A stretch of 64,000 nucleotides of DNA from an uncultured Acidobacteriota bacterium (GTDB taxonomy: Bacteria; Acidobacteriota; Terriglobia; Acidiferrales; UBA7541), in assembly GCA_963779465.1 (NCBI GenBank), contig CAVZYH010000004.1, positions 395,075-459,074 of the forward strand, written 5' to 3'. A program made the translations under genes and the position numbers. A model generated the notes under the pieces. It did no database searches. It was given only the letters and a program-made list of their open reading frames with translations, and was not told the DNA's origin. Positions within the stretch are counted from its first letter, which is position 1; each line of letters opens with the position of its first letter. Below are positions 18,407 through 27,768 of this stretch, piece by piece.

Positions 18407-18476
18407 ATCCCCTCCATTCCAGATCTGTAGCCGTCAGTAGCGCCGGCGCCCCGCTGGCCCTGTTGATGCTTCTTTT

Positions 18477-18581
18477 GAATTTGTAGCGGCCGCCTTTAGG
18501 CGGGCGCCTTTGAATTTGCCGTTGTCTCTTGCGTTCGAATTTGTAGCGGCCGGTTCAGTTTCATCGAACCGGGCAGCCGCT
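18477..18581 (+). repeat. Two REP-like elements: identical 16-mer GAATTTGTAGCGGCCG (GTAG head), each followed by its own GC-rich imperfect hairpin
   Basis: 16-mers at 18477-18492 and 18537-18552. Hairpin 1 is CCGCC-TTTA-GGCGG extended with one mismatch. Hairpin 2 is CCGGTTC-N9-GAACCGG (18550-18572) with outer GCGG/CCGC pairing. Confidence 0.55.
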
Positions 18582-19152
18582 GCATTCATAGGCAAAAATA
18601 CGGTCCGATTACGCAGAAAAACAGGAAGGACCAAAAACAGAGGAATTCAGATGCGAAGAATGGAAACGTTCCGTTGCAGCGAAATCGTAGCGTTCCGCGG
18701 AGGAGCTAAATCCGATAGAAACGATAAAGACATAATCAAAAGCTCACTGCTAGCCGCGCCCGTAAGCAATTGGCTCGCGCCGCCGGTTGTGCTCAACTGG
18801 ATTGGCGAAAGCGCATCGCTCTGCACCGCCTCGAAGCCAGCATGGAGATGCCTCGAGCAATCGGGTCTTGAAGGCGTCTGATGCTGCGCGGCGCCAGTCC
18901 CACCATCCCCCGCGTGCCCGCATTCATGACTCTCCGTCGCCCTCGCCGCGCTCGAACTCAAACAATTCGCGCAGGTCGCCGAACAAGCAAATGAGAACAC
19001 CAACCCCAACGACAAAATCGCCGCCGACAATCTCGCCCGCAATGAGCATCGAGCTCTCACGAAAGAAACTATAGCACCGCGCCGCACGCGCCGAAAGCGC
19101 GCGCAATTCATCGCAGCCGAATCAGCCAACCTCACTTTTTCCGCAGGACGCA

Positions 19153-20157
19153 TCACCGGATATCGAAGTCGCGAACGATCAGCCGCGTATCAACGGTCAC
19201 GTGGGGTGAGATGGCGTGAAAACCCCACAGGTGCACCCACGCGTTTCCGGTGCGCATCGTTAGAAACGATTTCATTATTCCGGGAGGAAAGAAAAACAAG
19301 AAAACCACGATCACCGAAAGCACGGAATGCGACCACGAGTCGTAGCGAGTCCATGATTCAAACACATGCATCGCCGGATAGCTGGCCGCTCCCAGCAAGA
19401 AAGCCGTCACCGGAGACGCCAGCCGGGCATAGCGCGGCAGCAAAATGCTGTAAATAAATATCATGATGGGCAGATCGGTGCCGAACATGTGAACCACAAA
19501 CGTGAGCAAGCCGCCGACGATTTGCTGGTGGCGCGTCAGCTGCGTAATGTTCGGCCCCAAGGTCAGGTCTAGCAGGCCGCCGATGGCCAGCACCACCAGA
19601 ATTACAATCGCATCGCTTTTTACATTGGACGATTTCAGATTCAGCTGCTGATTGGAGTAGCCGCGCAGCCGAAAAACGCCGTAAGGGACCAGGCCGAGCA
19701 AAATCCCGTTGTAAGCCGCCCACGTGTACACCTCATGTGGAGACTGCACGCGCGTCGCTCCCACGAGTGATCCGTTCAGATGCATCGCGATGGCTTCGCC
19801 AAAATAATGGATCCCGATAAAGCGTCCAGCCAACAACACCAATGCGCCATAAAGCCACAAGAATACGGTCTCGCGCATCGCTGCTCCGCGCTCCGGCGCG
19901 CGCCCTGCCAGATCCGGCAGTGGCCGCCGCCGCGTTATCAGCGCGACCAGCCCCGCTTCCAGCACGAGGAACAACAGCGCTTCCGAACTGAAAATTACCT
20001 GCGCACGCGGATTGACCGGACCAGGGCCAATCTGCAATGGCATCGTTCCGTGACAAAGCCACAGCGCCCCCAGGCTTATCAGCACCCAAAGCAGCAACGC
20101 GATGTGCAGGCTGCGCTGCCGAATCAGGTAACCGAGCTTCGAGCCGAACTGAGCCAT
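19153..20157 (-). CDS. Polytopic integral membrane protein, hypothetical (weak CPBP/Abi-like flavour)
   Basis: About 8 hydrophobic helices. ATG 20157 preceded by GAGGGGG. The 89-codon Arg-rich N-terminal extension in the track (to 20424) looks non-coding. His-containing motifs AMHVF and HLWGFHAISPH sit near the C-terminus. Confidence 0.7.
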   Translation of the reverse strand: MAQFGSKLGYLIRQRSLHIALLLWVLISLGALWLCHGTMPLQIGPGPVNPRAQVIFSSEALLFLVLEAGLVALITRRRPLPDLAGRAPERGAAMRETVFLWLYGALVLLAGRFIGIHYFGEAIAMHLNGSLVGATRVQSPHEVYTWAAYNGILLGLVPYGVFRLRGYSNQQLNLKSSNVKSDAIVILVVLAIGGLLDLTLGPNITQLTRHQQIVGGLLTFVVHMFGTDLPIMIFIYSILLPRYARLASPVTAFLLGAASYPAMHVFESWTRYDSWSHSVLSVIVVFLFFFPPGIMKSFLTMRTGNAWVHLWGFHAISPHVTVDTRLIVRDFDIR

Positions 20158-20204
20158 GCCCGCTTTCCCCCTCGCACGCCGTCCTCTTCTTGGCTCGAAA
20201 CTTA

Positions 20205-20218
20205 TCTGATTAATCAGA
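20205..20218. promoter_or_regulatory. Perfect 14-bp palindrome TCTGATTAATCAGA, 48-61 bp upstream of the membrane-protein start
   Basis: Self-complementary over all 14 positions. AT-rich centre in a GC-rich spacer. Confidence 0.3.
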
Positions 20219-20552
20219 CGCGCCTTGCCAGTATGCACCGTCCGGCCGCGCGCGACGAACTCTCCATTTCGCACGGCATTCAGCTGCGCCCCAATTACCC
20301 GCGCAACTTCGCGCCGCCCTAGAAATCGACGAGGAAGTAATCGAGACAGTCCTCGACCCGATCGAAAAAGACCCCTGGCTAAAAACCGCGGTAACCGGCT
20401 GCCCCAGAATCCGCGCCGACACAAAAGTTTAGCAAGTCGCCAAAAGAAGCGACGGCCGTCCTCTCAAACTCGTGCCAGCGGGTGAGCGATCTGCTTTTCG
20501 CACTCAAATCGTCAGAGCGATCCGTGAAACTTTTCGGAATCCACCAACCACT

Positions 20553-20750
20553 TCAATCAAGACTCGCCCGCTCGAAAACCGCCTCCACCTGCTTTCGCGT
20601 TAAGGGCGCGCGAATGCTCCTCTGCACGATCATCACGAATCTCCCGTCCGTTTTCGCGGAAATCCCCGCGACGCCATCCGACAGCTCTTTGTAAGCGAAC
20701 CTCACAATTTTTCCGCCGTTCGATGTTGTAGTCCACGACTCGTATCTCAC
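20553..20750 (-). CDS. 65-aa hypothetical protein (GTG start)
   Basis: My own translation: GAGGAGG, a 6-nt spacer, then GTG at 20750. Sequence is MRYESWTTTSNGGKIVRFAYKELSDGVAGISAKTDGRFVMIVQRSIRAPLTRKQVEAVFERASLD. It is the 3' third of track ORF 20553..21044, whose upstream part overlaps the divergent hydrolase gene. Confidence 0.45.
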   Translation of the reverse strand: MRYESWTTTSNGGKIVRFAYKELSDGVAGISAKTDGRFVMIVQRSIRAPLTRKQVEAVFERASLD

Positions 20751-20874
20751 CGCGAGCCTCCTCTTTTTCGCCCTGTGCAGTAGTGACGACCAACCCGGAA
20801 TCGTTTCACCACGGCGAACCGCAACAAGCCGTCTGCCCTCCCGTGTTAAAGTGTCGCGCCAGGAGCAAACGACC

Positions 20875-22074
20875 ATGAGCGCAAACACACCGTCTGCGAC
20901 GCTGGAAGTTTCGAAGCCCCTGGCACAATGTTTTGGATTCACAGTGATCGTTCTAGCGCTGCTCATGGTGATTGCACCGGGAGCGCACGCGCAACAGGCC
21001 CCGCCGCCAGTCGCGCAGCCCGCACCGGCCAACCCGGCCGCCACTGGATCCTACAAACCTCTCGACGGCGATTACATCGCCCACGACTTCCACTTCAAAT
21101 CCGGCGAAACCCTTCCCGAATTGCGCCTGCACTACCGCACTCTCGGCATGCCTACCCGCGACGCCACTGGTCGCGTCACCAACGCCGTGCTAATCCTCCA
21201 CGGCACCGGCGGCTGGGGCGGAAATTTTCTCTCGCACCAATTTGCCGGCGTGCTCTACGGCCCCGGACAATTGCTCGACATCACCCGCTACTACATCATC
21301 CTTCCCGACAACATCGGCCACGGAAAATCCAGCAAGCCCAGCGACGGCATGCACGCCCATTTTCCCCAATACGAATATGACGACATGGTCGCCGCGCAGC
21401 ATCTCCTCGTTGAACAAGGCCTCGGCGTGAATCATCTCCGCCTGATCATGGGCACGTCCATGGGCTGCATGCATTCCTGGATTTGGGGCGAAACCTATCC
21501 CGATTTCATGGACGCGCTCATGCCCCTGGCCTGTCTCCCGGTGCAAATCGCCGGACGCAATCGCCTCTGGCGCGAGATGATAATCTCTGGAATTCGCCAG
21601 GACCCCGAGTGGCAAAATGGCGACTACACTACCGAGCCGCGCGCCGGCCTGGAAATCGCCGCGGACATGCTGCTCATCGCCGGCAGCGCACCCCTCCCCA
21701 TGCAGGAAAGCCTGCCCACTCGCGACGCTGCCGACCGCTGGCTGCAGGATGTGATGAAGCGCGAAACGGAAACTCTCGACGCGAACGATCTGCTCTACGC
21801 CGTGAATTCCTCACGCAACTACGATCCCTCCGCTGGCCTCGAGAAAATTACCGCCCCCGTGATGTTCGTCAATTCCGCAGACGATTTTATCAACCCGCCC
21901 GACCTAGGCATTGCGGAGCGCGAAATTCAAAAAGTAAAAAACGGAAAATTCATCCTCATCCCGGCTTCCGAGCAGACCCATGGCCACGGCACGCACACCT
22001 GGGCCACCCTCTGGCAGCAATACTTGAAAGAACTTCTGGACGAATCGCAGCCGCCCGCGGCATCCACAAAATAA
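20875..22074 (+). CDS. Secreted alpha/beta hydrolase, homoserine O-acetyltransferase (MetX)-like fold
   Basis: FHFKSGETLPELRLHYRTLG...NAVLILHGTGG N-terminal pattern. Nucleophile elbow GTSMG. ATG 20875 has AGGAG 9 nt upstream. Signal peptide ...LLMVIAPGAHAQQ. Confidence 0.85.
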   Translation: MSANTPSATLEVSKPLAQCFGFTVIVLALLMVIAPGAHAQQAPPPVAQPAPANPAATGSYKPLDGDYIAHDFHFKSGETLPELRLHYRTLGMPTRDATGRVTNAVLILHGTGGWGGNFLSHQFAGVLYGPGQLLDITRYYIILPDNIGHGKSSKPSDGMHAHFPQYEYDDMVAAQHLLVEQGLGVNHLRLIMGTSMGCMHSWIWGETYPDFMDALMPLACLPVQIAGRNRLWREMIISGIRQDPEWQNGDYTTEPRAGLEIAADMLLIAGSAPLPMQESLPTRDAADRWLQDVMKRETETLDANDLLYAVNSSRNYDPSAGLEKITAPVMFVNSADDFINPPDLGIAEREIQKVKNGKFILIPASEQTHGHGTHTWATLWQQYLKELLDESQPPAASTK

Positions 22075-22242
22075 AAGAGAGCACACGCGCAATTGAAAAG
22101 CGCGTGCTGCGCCTTGCAGAGCCTTATGGGTCACGGGCTCAGCCACGACGCGAATGTTACGAAATCAGCCCGGCTGTAGCGGTCATAGCACGCACTCTGC
22201 CGCCGTGCGTACGGCGTCGCGTTTCTGTAAGATGGATTCGAT

Positions 22243-23460
22243 ATGGCTTCGCAACGCCAGCGCATAATAACGATGAACAGAGGTTCCGCGACTCTGAAGT
22301 CCACTCTATATGAAGTGACCGCCGACGCGAGCGACCGCTCCGAAGCGCTGCTCTCAATCTCAGTCGCCTACAGCAACACCGCAGACGCACGGTTGAAAAT
22401 CGCCAATGCCAGTGGGACCGCATTGCTCGACGCGCCAGTGCCAGGCCGCAACTCCAACGCCGCGCTGCAAGCAATGTTCACCTGGCTGGACAAACATGAA
22501 TATCTCTCCGGACTGAGCGCCGCAGGCCATCGCCTGGTGCATGGCGGAGCGCGTTACACCGAGCCCCAGCGCATCACGTCGAAATTCCTAACGGCACTGA
22601 AAAGACTCGTGCCGCTCGACCCGGATCATCTTCCCGCCGCAATCAAAGGAATTGAATTTGTCGCGAAGAAATTCCCGAAGCTAGCGCAGGTAGCATGCTT
22701 CGACACCGCATTTCACAGCTCGCTGCCGACGGTAGCGAAAATGTACGCGCTGCCGCGGCGGTTCTACGATAACAACGTCCGCCGCTACGGCTTCCACGGC
22801 CTTTCCTTCGAATACATCGTCGGCGAGCTCCGCAAGCTCGACGCGAAACGGGTCGCCGGCCGCGTGATCGTCGCCCACCTGGGCAGCGGCGCCAGCATCG
22901 TCGCGCTACAAAACGGAAAAAGCATCGACACCTCCATGGGATTTACTCCGCTCGAAGGCCTGGTAATGAGCACGCGCTCGGGCGACCTGGATCCAGGCCT
23001 GCTTCTCTATCTGCTCGCGGAGAAAAAAATGTCCGCGAAAGCAGCCGGCGCGCTGCTGAACAAACAATCCGGCCTGCTCGGAGTTTCCGGAACCACGCCG
23101 GACATGCGAGCAATCCTCAAAAAGGCACTGCAAGACCCCCACGCGGCCGAAGCCATCAATTTATTCTGCTATCGCGTGAAAAAATATATCGGCGCCTACG
23201 CCGCGGTTCTAGGCGGTCTCGACGCGCTCGTCTTCGCCGGAGGAATCGGCGAGCGCGCTCCCATCATCCGCGAAAAAGTCTGCGACGGCCTCGATTTTCT
23301 CGGAATTCGCCTCGATCTGGCACAAAACGCTGCCAACGCCGCAGTAATATCCACCACTGACAGCCGCGTTAACGTGCGCGTCATACAAACCAACGAAGAT
23401 CTAATGATCGTGCAACACGTCATAGCCGTTCTCGCCCAAAAAACGCCGGGAACGCACTGA
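22243..23460 (+). CDS. ackA: Acetate kinase
   Basis: [13 protein letters not shown] (phosphate-1), [53 protein letters not shown]. Confidence 0.95.
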   Translation: MASQRQRIITMNRGSATLKSTLYEVTADASDRSEALLSISVAYSNTADARLKIANASGTALLDAPVPGRNSNAALQAMFTWLDKHEYLSGLSAAGHRLVHGGARYTEPQRITSKFLTALKRLVPLDPDHLPAAIKGIEFVAKKFPKLAQVACFDTAFHSSLPTVAKMYALPRRFYDNNVRRYGFHGLSFEYIVGELRKLDAKRVAGRVIVAHLGSGASIVALQNGKSIDTSMGFTPLEGLVMSTRSGDLDPGLLLYLLAEKKMSAKAAGALLNKQSGLLGVSGTTPDMRAILKKALQDPHAAEAINLFCYRVKKYIGAYAAVLGGLDALVFAGGIGERAPIIREKVCDGLDFLGIRLDLAQNAANAAVISTTDSRVNVRVIQTNEDLMIVQHVIAVLAQKTPGTH

Positions 23461-23467
23461 GGATGTC

Positions 23468-25981
23468 ATGTTCACATTTGATGCAAAGTTATCCACCGCG
23501 ATAGCAGCCCCGCAGCAGCAGCCTGCACAGAAACCGGCCCCCACCCCAACAGGTCCGCTCTCCGCCGACCTCCTCGACAAAATGCAACGCTACTGGTGCG
23601 CCGCAAATTATCTCTGCGTCGGGCAAATTTACCTGCTCGATAATCCGCTCCTCCGCGAGCCCCTCGTCAAAGCGAACATCAAGCCGCGCCTACTCGGCCA
23701 CTGGGGCACGTCCGCCGGACAAAATTTCATCTACGTTCACCTCAACCGGCTGATCCGCGAGACTGACGCCGATATCATCTATATCTCTGGCCCCGGCCAC
23801 GGCGGCCCCACTCTCAACGCCTGCGCGTATCTCGAAGGCACCTACACCGACGTCCACCCAGAAATCACGCAAGATGCCGCCGGTATGCGCCTGCTTTTCC
23901 GTTCTTTCTCCACGCCCGGAGGAATTCCCAGCCACTGCGGCCCGCACACGCCGAATTCCATCCACGAAGGCGGCGAGCTGGGCTATTCGCTGGTGCACGC
24001 GTTCGGCGCCGCATTCGACAATCCAAATCTCATCGTCGCGTGCGTCGTCGGCGATGGCGAAGCCGAAACGTGTCCCCTGGAAGGAAGCTGGAAGAGCATT
24101 AAATTTCTGAACCCTGCGCGCGATGGCGCCGTCCTGCCGATCCTCCATCTGAACGGCTACAAAATTTCCGGACCCACCGTGACCGCGCGCTGGTCAGACG
24201 ACGAGCTTTCCGCGTTCTATCGAGGCAGCGGCTACGCACCCTATTTCGTCGAAGGTGACGATCCCCCGATCGTGCATCAAGAACTAGCCGCCGCGCTCGA
24301 TCGTTGTTACGCGGAAATACGCGCGATTCAGAAGGAAGCCCGCTCTGCCAGCGCAAAGGGTAAGGCGATCTTGCGCCCTTGGCCAATGATCATCCTGCGC
24401 ACGCCGAAAGGCTGGACCTGCCCGAAAGAAGTGGACGGCATCCCTGTCGAAGGCACATTCCGCGCGCATCAAGTCCCACTCTCCAACGTCTGCGAAGAAC
24501 CCGCGCACCTGAAGCTCCTCGAAGAATGGATGCGCAAATATCAACCCGAAAAATTATTCGATCAGAACGGCCGCTTGATCCCGGAACTCGCGGCCCTCGC
24601 GCCCGACGGCAACAAACGCATGGGCGCGAGCCCACACGTGAACGGTGGCCGCGTGCTGAAAGCGCTTGATCTCCCCGATTTCGCGCACTATGCCCTGGAA
24701 GTTCCCGGACCAGGCGAGGTGGTAGCGGAAGCTCCACGCAAGCTAGGCGAATACCTGCGCGACATCATCAAACAAAACCCCGATAATTTCCGCCTGTTCT
24801 GCCCCGACGAAACCAACTCAAACCGCCTGAACTCCGTGTTCGACGCCACCAATCGCTGCACCATGGAGCCAACAGTTTCGATTGACGACCATCTCGCTCC
24901 CGATGGCCGGGTAATGGAAGTCTTAAGCGAACATCTCTGCGAGGGCTGGCTCGAAGGCTACCTGCTCACCGGCCGCCACGGTATGTGGTCGTCCTACGAA
25001 GCTTTCGCGCAAGTAGTGGATTCGATGGTCACGCAGCACGCCAAATGGCTCGAGCAGTGCATAGATTTTCCCTGGCGCCGCCCGCTCGCATCGCTCAACG
25101 TCTTCATCACCGGCCACGCCTGGCGAAACGATCACAACGGTTTCAGCCACCAGGCGCCCGGATTTGTGGACAACGTGCTGCAGCGCCGCAGCGAAGTGGT
25201 TCGCGTTTACTATCCGCCCGACGCCAATTGCCTGCTCAACGTTTTCGATCACTGCCTGCGCAGCCGTAATTACGTGAACGTAGTCACCTGCGGCAAGCAG
25301 CCCGAACTGCAGTGGCTCACCTTCGACGAAGCGCTCGCGCATTGCTCGCAAGGCGCGTCCATCTGGAATTTCGCGACGAACGACGGCGGCACGGAGCCGG
25401 ACGTCGTCCTCGCCTGCGCCGGCGACGTGCCCACCATCGAAGCCTGCGCCACATCCTGGCTGCTGCAGAAACACGTGCCGGGCATAAAAGTGCGCGTAGT
25501 GAACGTCGTGGATCTAAATGCGTTAATGAGTCCGGACGACCATCCCCACGGCATGGACAATATTTCGTTCGAAGCGTTATTCACGCGCGATGTGGATGTG
25601 GTCTTCGCCTTCCACGGCTATCGCTGGATTATTCACAGCATGGTGCACGGCCGCGCGAACGAAGGTCGCTTCCATGTGCGCGGCTTCAACGATCAAGGCA
25701 CCACCACCACTCCCTTCGATATGGTGGTGCTGAATAAAATGAGCCGGTACCACCTGGCCATTGACGCCCTCAAGCATGTTCCGCGGCTGCGCTCGCAAGC
25801 CTCCGACGCGATTGATATGTTCAACCGCAAATTGTACGAACACCACGCGTACATCCGCGAACATTTTCAGGACATGCCTGAAATCCGCAATTGGCATTGG
25901 ACGAAGGATTTCAGCGAGCCTAGCGCTCCGCCGCCGTTGGCGAAAGACCAGCCGCGCGGCCAGTCTTTCAGCGACGCATAA
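23468..25981 (+). CDS. xfp: Xylulose-5-phosphate/fructose-6-phosphate phosphoketolase
   Basis: 837 aa with [17 protein letters not shown] and GDGEAETCP (ThDP) motifs. Starts 7 nt after the ackA stop, with GAGGA upstream. Confidence 0.95.
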   Translation: MFTFDAKLSTAIAAPQQQPAQKPAPTPTGPLSADLLDKMQRYWCAANYLCVGQIYLLDNPLLREPLVKANIKPRLLGHWGTSAGQNFIYVHLNRLIRETDADIIYISGPGHGGPTLNACAYLEGTYTDVHPEITQDAAGMRLLFRSFSTPGGIPSHCGPHTPNSIHEGGELGYSLVHAFGAAFDNPNLIVACVVGDGEAETCPLEGSWKSIKFLNPARDGAVLPILHLNGYKISGPTVTARWSDDELSAFYRGSGYAPYFVEGDDPPIVHQELAAALDRCYAEIRAIQKEARSASAKGKAILRPWPMIILRTPKGWTCPKEVDGIPVEGTFRAHQVPLSNVCEEPAHLKLLEEWMRKYQPEKLFDQNGRLIPELAALAPDGNKRMGASPHVNGGRVLKALDLPDFAHYALEVPGPGEVVAEAPRKLGEYLRDIIKQNPDNFRLFCPDETNSNRLNSVFDATNRCTMEPTVSIDDHLAPDGRVMEVLSEHLCEGWLEGYLLTGRHGMWSSYEAFAQVVDSMVTQHAKWLEQCIDFPWRRPLASLNVFITGHAWRNDHNGFSHQAPGFVDNVLQRRSEVVRVYYPPDANCLLNVFDHCLRSRNYVNVVTCGKQPELQWLTFDEALAHCSQGASIWNFATNDGGTEPDVVLACAGDVPTIEACATSWLLQKHVPGIKVRVVNVVDLNALMSPDDHPHGMDNISFEALFTRDVDVVFAFHGYRWIIHSMVHGRANEGRFHVRGFNDQGTTTTPFDMVVLNKMSRYHLAIDALKHVPRLRSQASDAIDMFNRKLYEHHAYIREHFQDMPEIRNWHWTKDFSEPSAPPPLAKDQPRGQSFSDA

Positions 25982-25992
25982 GAGCGGGCATT

Positions 25993-26784
25993 CTACTGCG
26001 CGCCGCCGTTCTCAGGGTAGCGGCCCAACAGCCAGTTCCAGCGAATCGCCAGCAAATCGCCGAACATCATCAGGCTATCGCGCAGCACGTGAACTTTCGT
26101 CGCAGGGTCATGCGCCCAGCGCACCGGCACTTCCGCGACGCGCAATCCGTGGCACTCAGCGAGAAACAGAATTTCGGGGTCGAACCCAAAACGCTCAATC
26201 CGCTGCTGCTCGAAAATAATCCGTGACGGCTCTCTTCGGAAAATTTTGAACCCGCACTGCGTATCCTGAAACGGGAGGCCGGTAACGATGCGCATCAGTC
26301 CGTTGAAGATGATGCCCGCAAGCTCGCGATGACGCGCCTGGTGAATCGAAATCAGCGAACGATTCAGCGCGCGCGACCCGATCGCGATGTCGTGCCCGCC
26401 CGCGAGCGCCGCCAGCAGCTTTTCGATTTCCTCAATCGGCGAAGACAAGTCGGCGTCCGTAAATAGCGCCAGCCGGCCACGCGCTTCCAGCATGCCGTGC
26501 CGCACGCTGTAGCCTTTCCCGCGATTTTCCCTGTTCGACACCAACCGGACGCACGGCAACTCCCGCGCCCATTCCTCCGCAATTCGCGCGGTCCCGTCCG
26601 TCGAACCGTCATCCACGATCAGGATTTCCAGCTGATCCAAAGTTATGTCGGGCACGACGCCTGACGGCACTCGGCGCGCCGCAAAATATTCGCGAATGCG
26701 CGAGAGCGCGCGCCTCAGCCGGCCTTCTTCGTTGTAAGCAGGAATGACGATGGAAAGTTCGGGCGTGGAAACAGGTGCGTTCAT
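25993..26784 (-). CDS. GT2 polyprenyl-phosphate glycosyltransferase (DPM1/GtrB-like)
   Basis: SIVIPAYNEE, IVDDGSTDGT, FTDADLS motifs. Start set to ATG 26784 (ATGA overlap with the pcm stop). The longer track ORF (to 27198) overlaps pcm out of frame. Confidence 0.9.
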   Translation of the reverse strand: MNAPVSTPELSIVIPAYNEEGRLRRALSRIREYFAARRVPSGVVPDITLDQLEILIVDDGSTDGTARIAEEWARELPCVRLVSNRENRGKGYSVRHGMLEARGRLALFTDADLSSPIEEIEKLLAALAGGHDIAIGSRALNRSLISIHQARHRELAGIIFNGLMRIVTGLPFQDTQCGFKIFRREPSRIIFEQQRIERFGFDPEILFLAECHGLRVAEVPVRWAHDPATKVHVLRDSLMMFGDLLAIRWNWLLGRYPENGGAQ

Positions 26785-27494
26785 CGCACTGCCGGCCCCA
26801 GGACCGGATTCGGAATGCTGTCTGGCCAGCCGTGGCGTCCGAGCAACGGTACGAAGCGGCAGGTAAGCAGCGATTCCTGCACCAGTCCGCCCGCGCGCTT
26901 TACGATCCGCAACATACTTTGCCGCTCCCAATCGCCCACGGGAATTACCAGGCGGCCATCTTCGGCGAGCTGCTCGATCAGCGGCAGAGGAATCGCCGGA
27001 GCCGCGGCGGAAACCAGAATTGCGTTGTACGGCGCGCCAGCAGGCCATCCAAGCGAGCCATCGCCTTCCTCGACGCGCACGTTCGCGTAACCCAAGCGCG
27101 CCAATCGCTCGCGGCAGGCGCGGGCGAGCGACGCCCGCAATTCCACGACAATCACATCTCGCACCAGCAGCGACAGCACCGCTGCCTGATACCCGCATCC
27201 GCCGCCAATTTCCAGCACCCGCTCTTCGCCGTCGAGCCGCAGAGCGTTGGCCGCCGCCGCAACGATAAACGGCTGCGAAATCGTTTGCCCGTCGCCGATC
27301 GGCAACGCTTCATCGGAATACGCCGAAGCTTGTGCCGCCACCGGAACGAACTCGTGGCGCGGCACCGCAGCCATCGCGTCCAGCACGCGCGCGGAAATGA
27401 TGCCGCGCGCGCGGATCTGCCGCGCCACCATTTCATTCCGCGCCGTCGCAAAATCCGGCCCCGCGCCTGAGGAACAACTGCCTGCGGCGTTCAT
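26781..27494 (-). CDS. pcm: Protein-L-isoaspartate O-methyltransferase
   Basis: VLDAMAAVPRHEFVP, ISQPFIV, SAM motif VLEIGGGCGYQAAVL, and LIEQLAEDGRLVIPVG. Confidence 0.9.
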   Translation of the reverse strand: MNAAGSCSSGAGPDFATARNEMVARQIRARGIISARVLDAMAAVPRHEFVPVAAQASAYSDEALPIGDGQTISQPFIVAAAANALRLDGEERVLEIGGGCGYQAAVLSLLVRDVIVVELRASLARACRERLARLGYANVRVEEGDGSLGWPAGAPYNAILVSAAAPAIPLPLIEQLAEDGRLVIPVGDWERQSMLRIVKRAGGLVQESLLTCRFVPLLGRHGWPDSIPNPVLGPAVR

Positions 27495-27768
27495 CGGCGC
27501 GAGATCCGCCTGACGCTCACGGGCATAATGCCTCGCGTCACGCCATCTGCGACGTCATGCGCCACAGTTTTCCAGCCGCTGCTGCACAAAAGAATAATCA
27601 CACCTGAAAAGCTATCACAGCCGGCAGCGGCCCTGCCACCGCCGCCCGTGGGCATCCGCAAATCGCGCCCGCGAATTGCATCTGTCGCCCACGTTAGATA
27701 CGATTCTTGGATTCGCATTTCAGGCCAGAAACGACTGAGGAGCCTGCCGCGAACAATAGGAGAATTCC

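Noticed and set aside
16040-18430. Long plus-strand ORFs (16040..17260, 406 aa; 17264..18430, 388 aa), Arg/His/Pro-rich
   Set aside because: These are antisense shadows of the TolC-like and multicopper-oxidase genes, which have unmistakable motifs. The composition is typical of out-of-frame GC-rich DNA. The same reasoning applies to 1437..2408, 8289..9080, 9169..10314, 33342..34442, 37852..38859, 40862..42133, 45363..46391 and 47233..48348.
18531-18575. tRNA-like T-arm strings (GTTCGAAT, GGTTCGATG)
   Set aside because: No acceptor stem, D-arm or anticodon arm can be built around them. They are part of the REP-like hairpin element.
18651-18884. Plus-strand 77-codon ORF with AGAGGA-6 nt-ATG (MRRMETFRCSEIV...)
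   Set aside because: Third-position G+C is only about 58 % by hand count, and it uses several rare codons (AGA, ATA, CTA, GTA) compared with neighbouring genes. I recognise no family and it has no partner genes on that strand.
18647-19156. 169-aa ORF with an ATGA overlap on the upstream gene stop and Cys/His clusters, possibly a copper-binding protein
   Set aside because: By hand count over 18927-19106 its codon positions show the wrong G+C periodicity (high at position 2). Its C-terminal third runs through an AT-rich, REP-adjacent stretch with an implausible sequence. I kept it only as part of the finding on the 746-bp gap.
20553-21044. 163-aa minus-strand ORF overlapping the hydrolase gene start
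   Set aside because: Only the last 65 codons have a start signal (GAGGAGG-GTG). The upstream part is Ala/Gly/Cys-rich shadow sequence opposite a well-supported gene.
22083-22105. Hairpin CACGCGC-N9-GCGCGTG after the hydrolase gene as a terminator
   Set aside because: The stem is only 7 bp, the loop is 9 nt and there is no downstream T-run. This is too weak to annotate.
25993-27198. N-terminally extended versions of several ORFs in the track (this one, plus 19153..20424, 42828..44552, 52146..54029, 54231..54914, 55080..57374, 58733..59341, 47137..48429, 7386..9170)
   Set aside because: In each case an internal ATG/GTG with an SD, an ATGA coupling or a signal peptide matches the start of the recognised family. 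The extension is Arg/Gly-rich or overlaps a neighbouring gene.
27495-27768. Moco riboswitch or ModE box upstream of the DUF2059-modABC genes
   Set aside because: I could not recognise the Moco-motif conserved segments or a CGnTATATA-type ModE palindrome by eye. This is unverified without a covariance-model scan.
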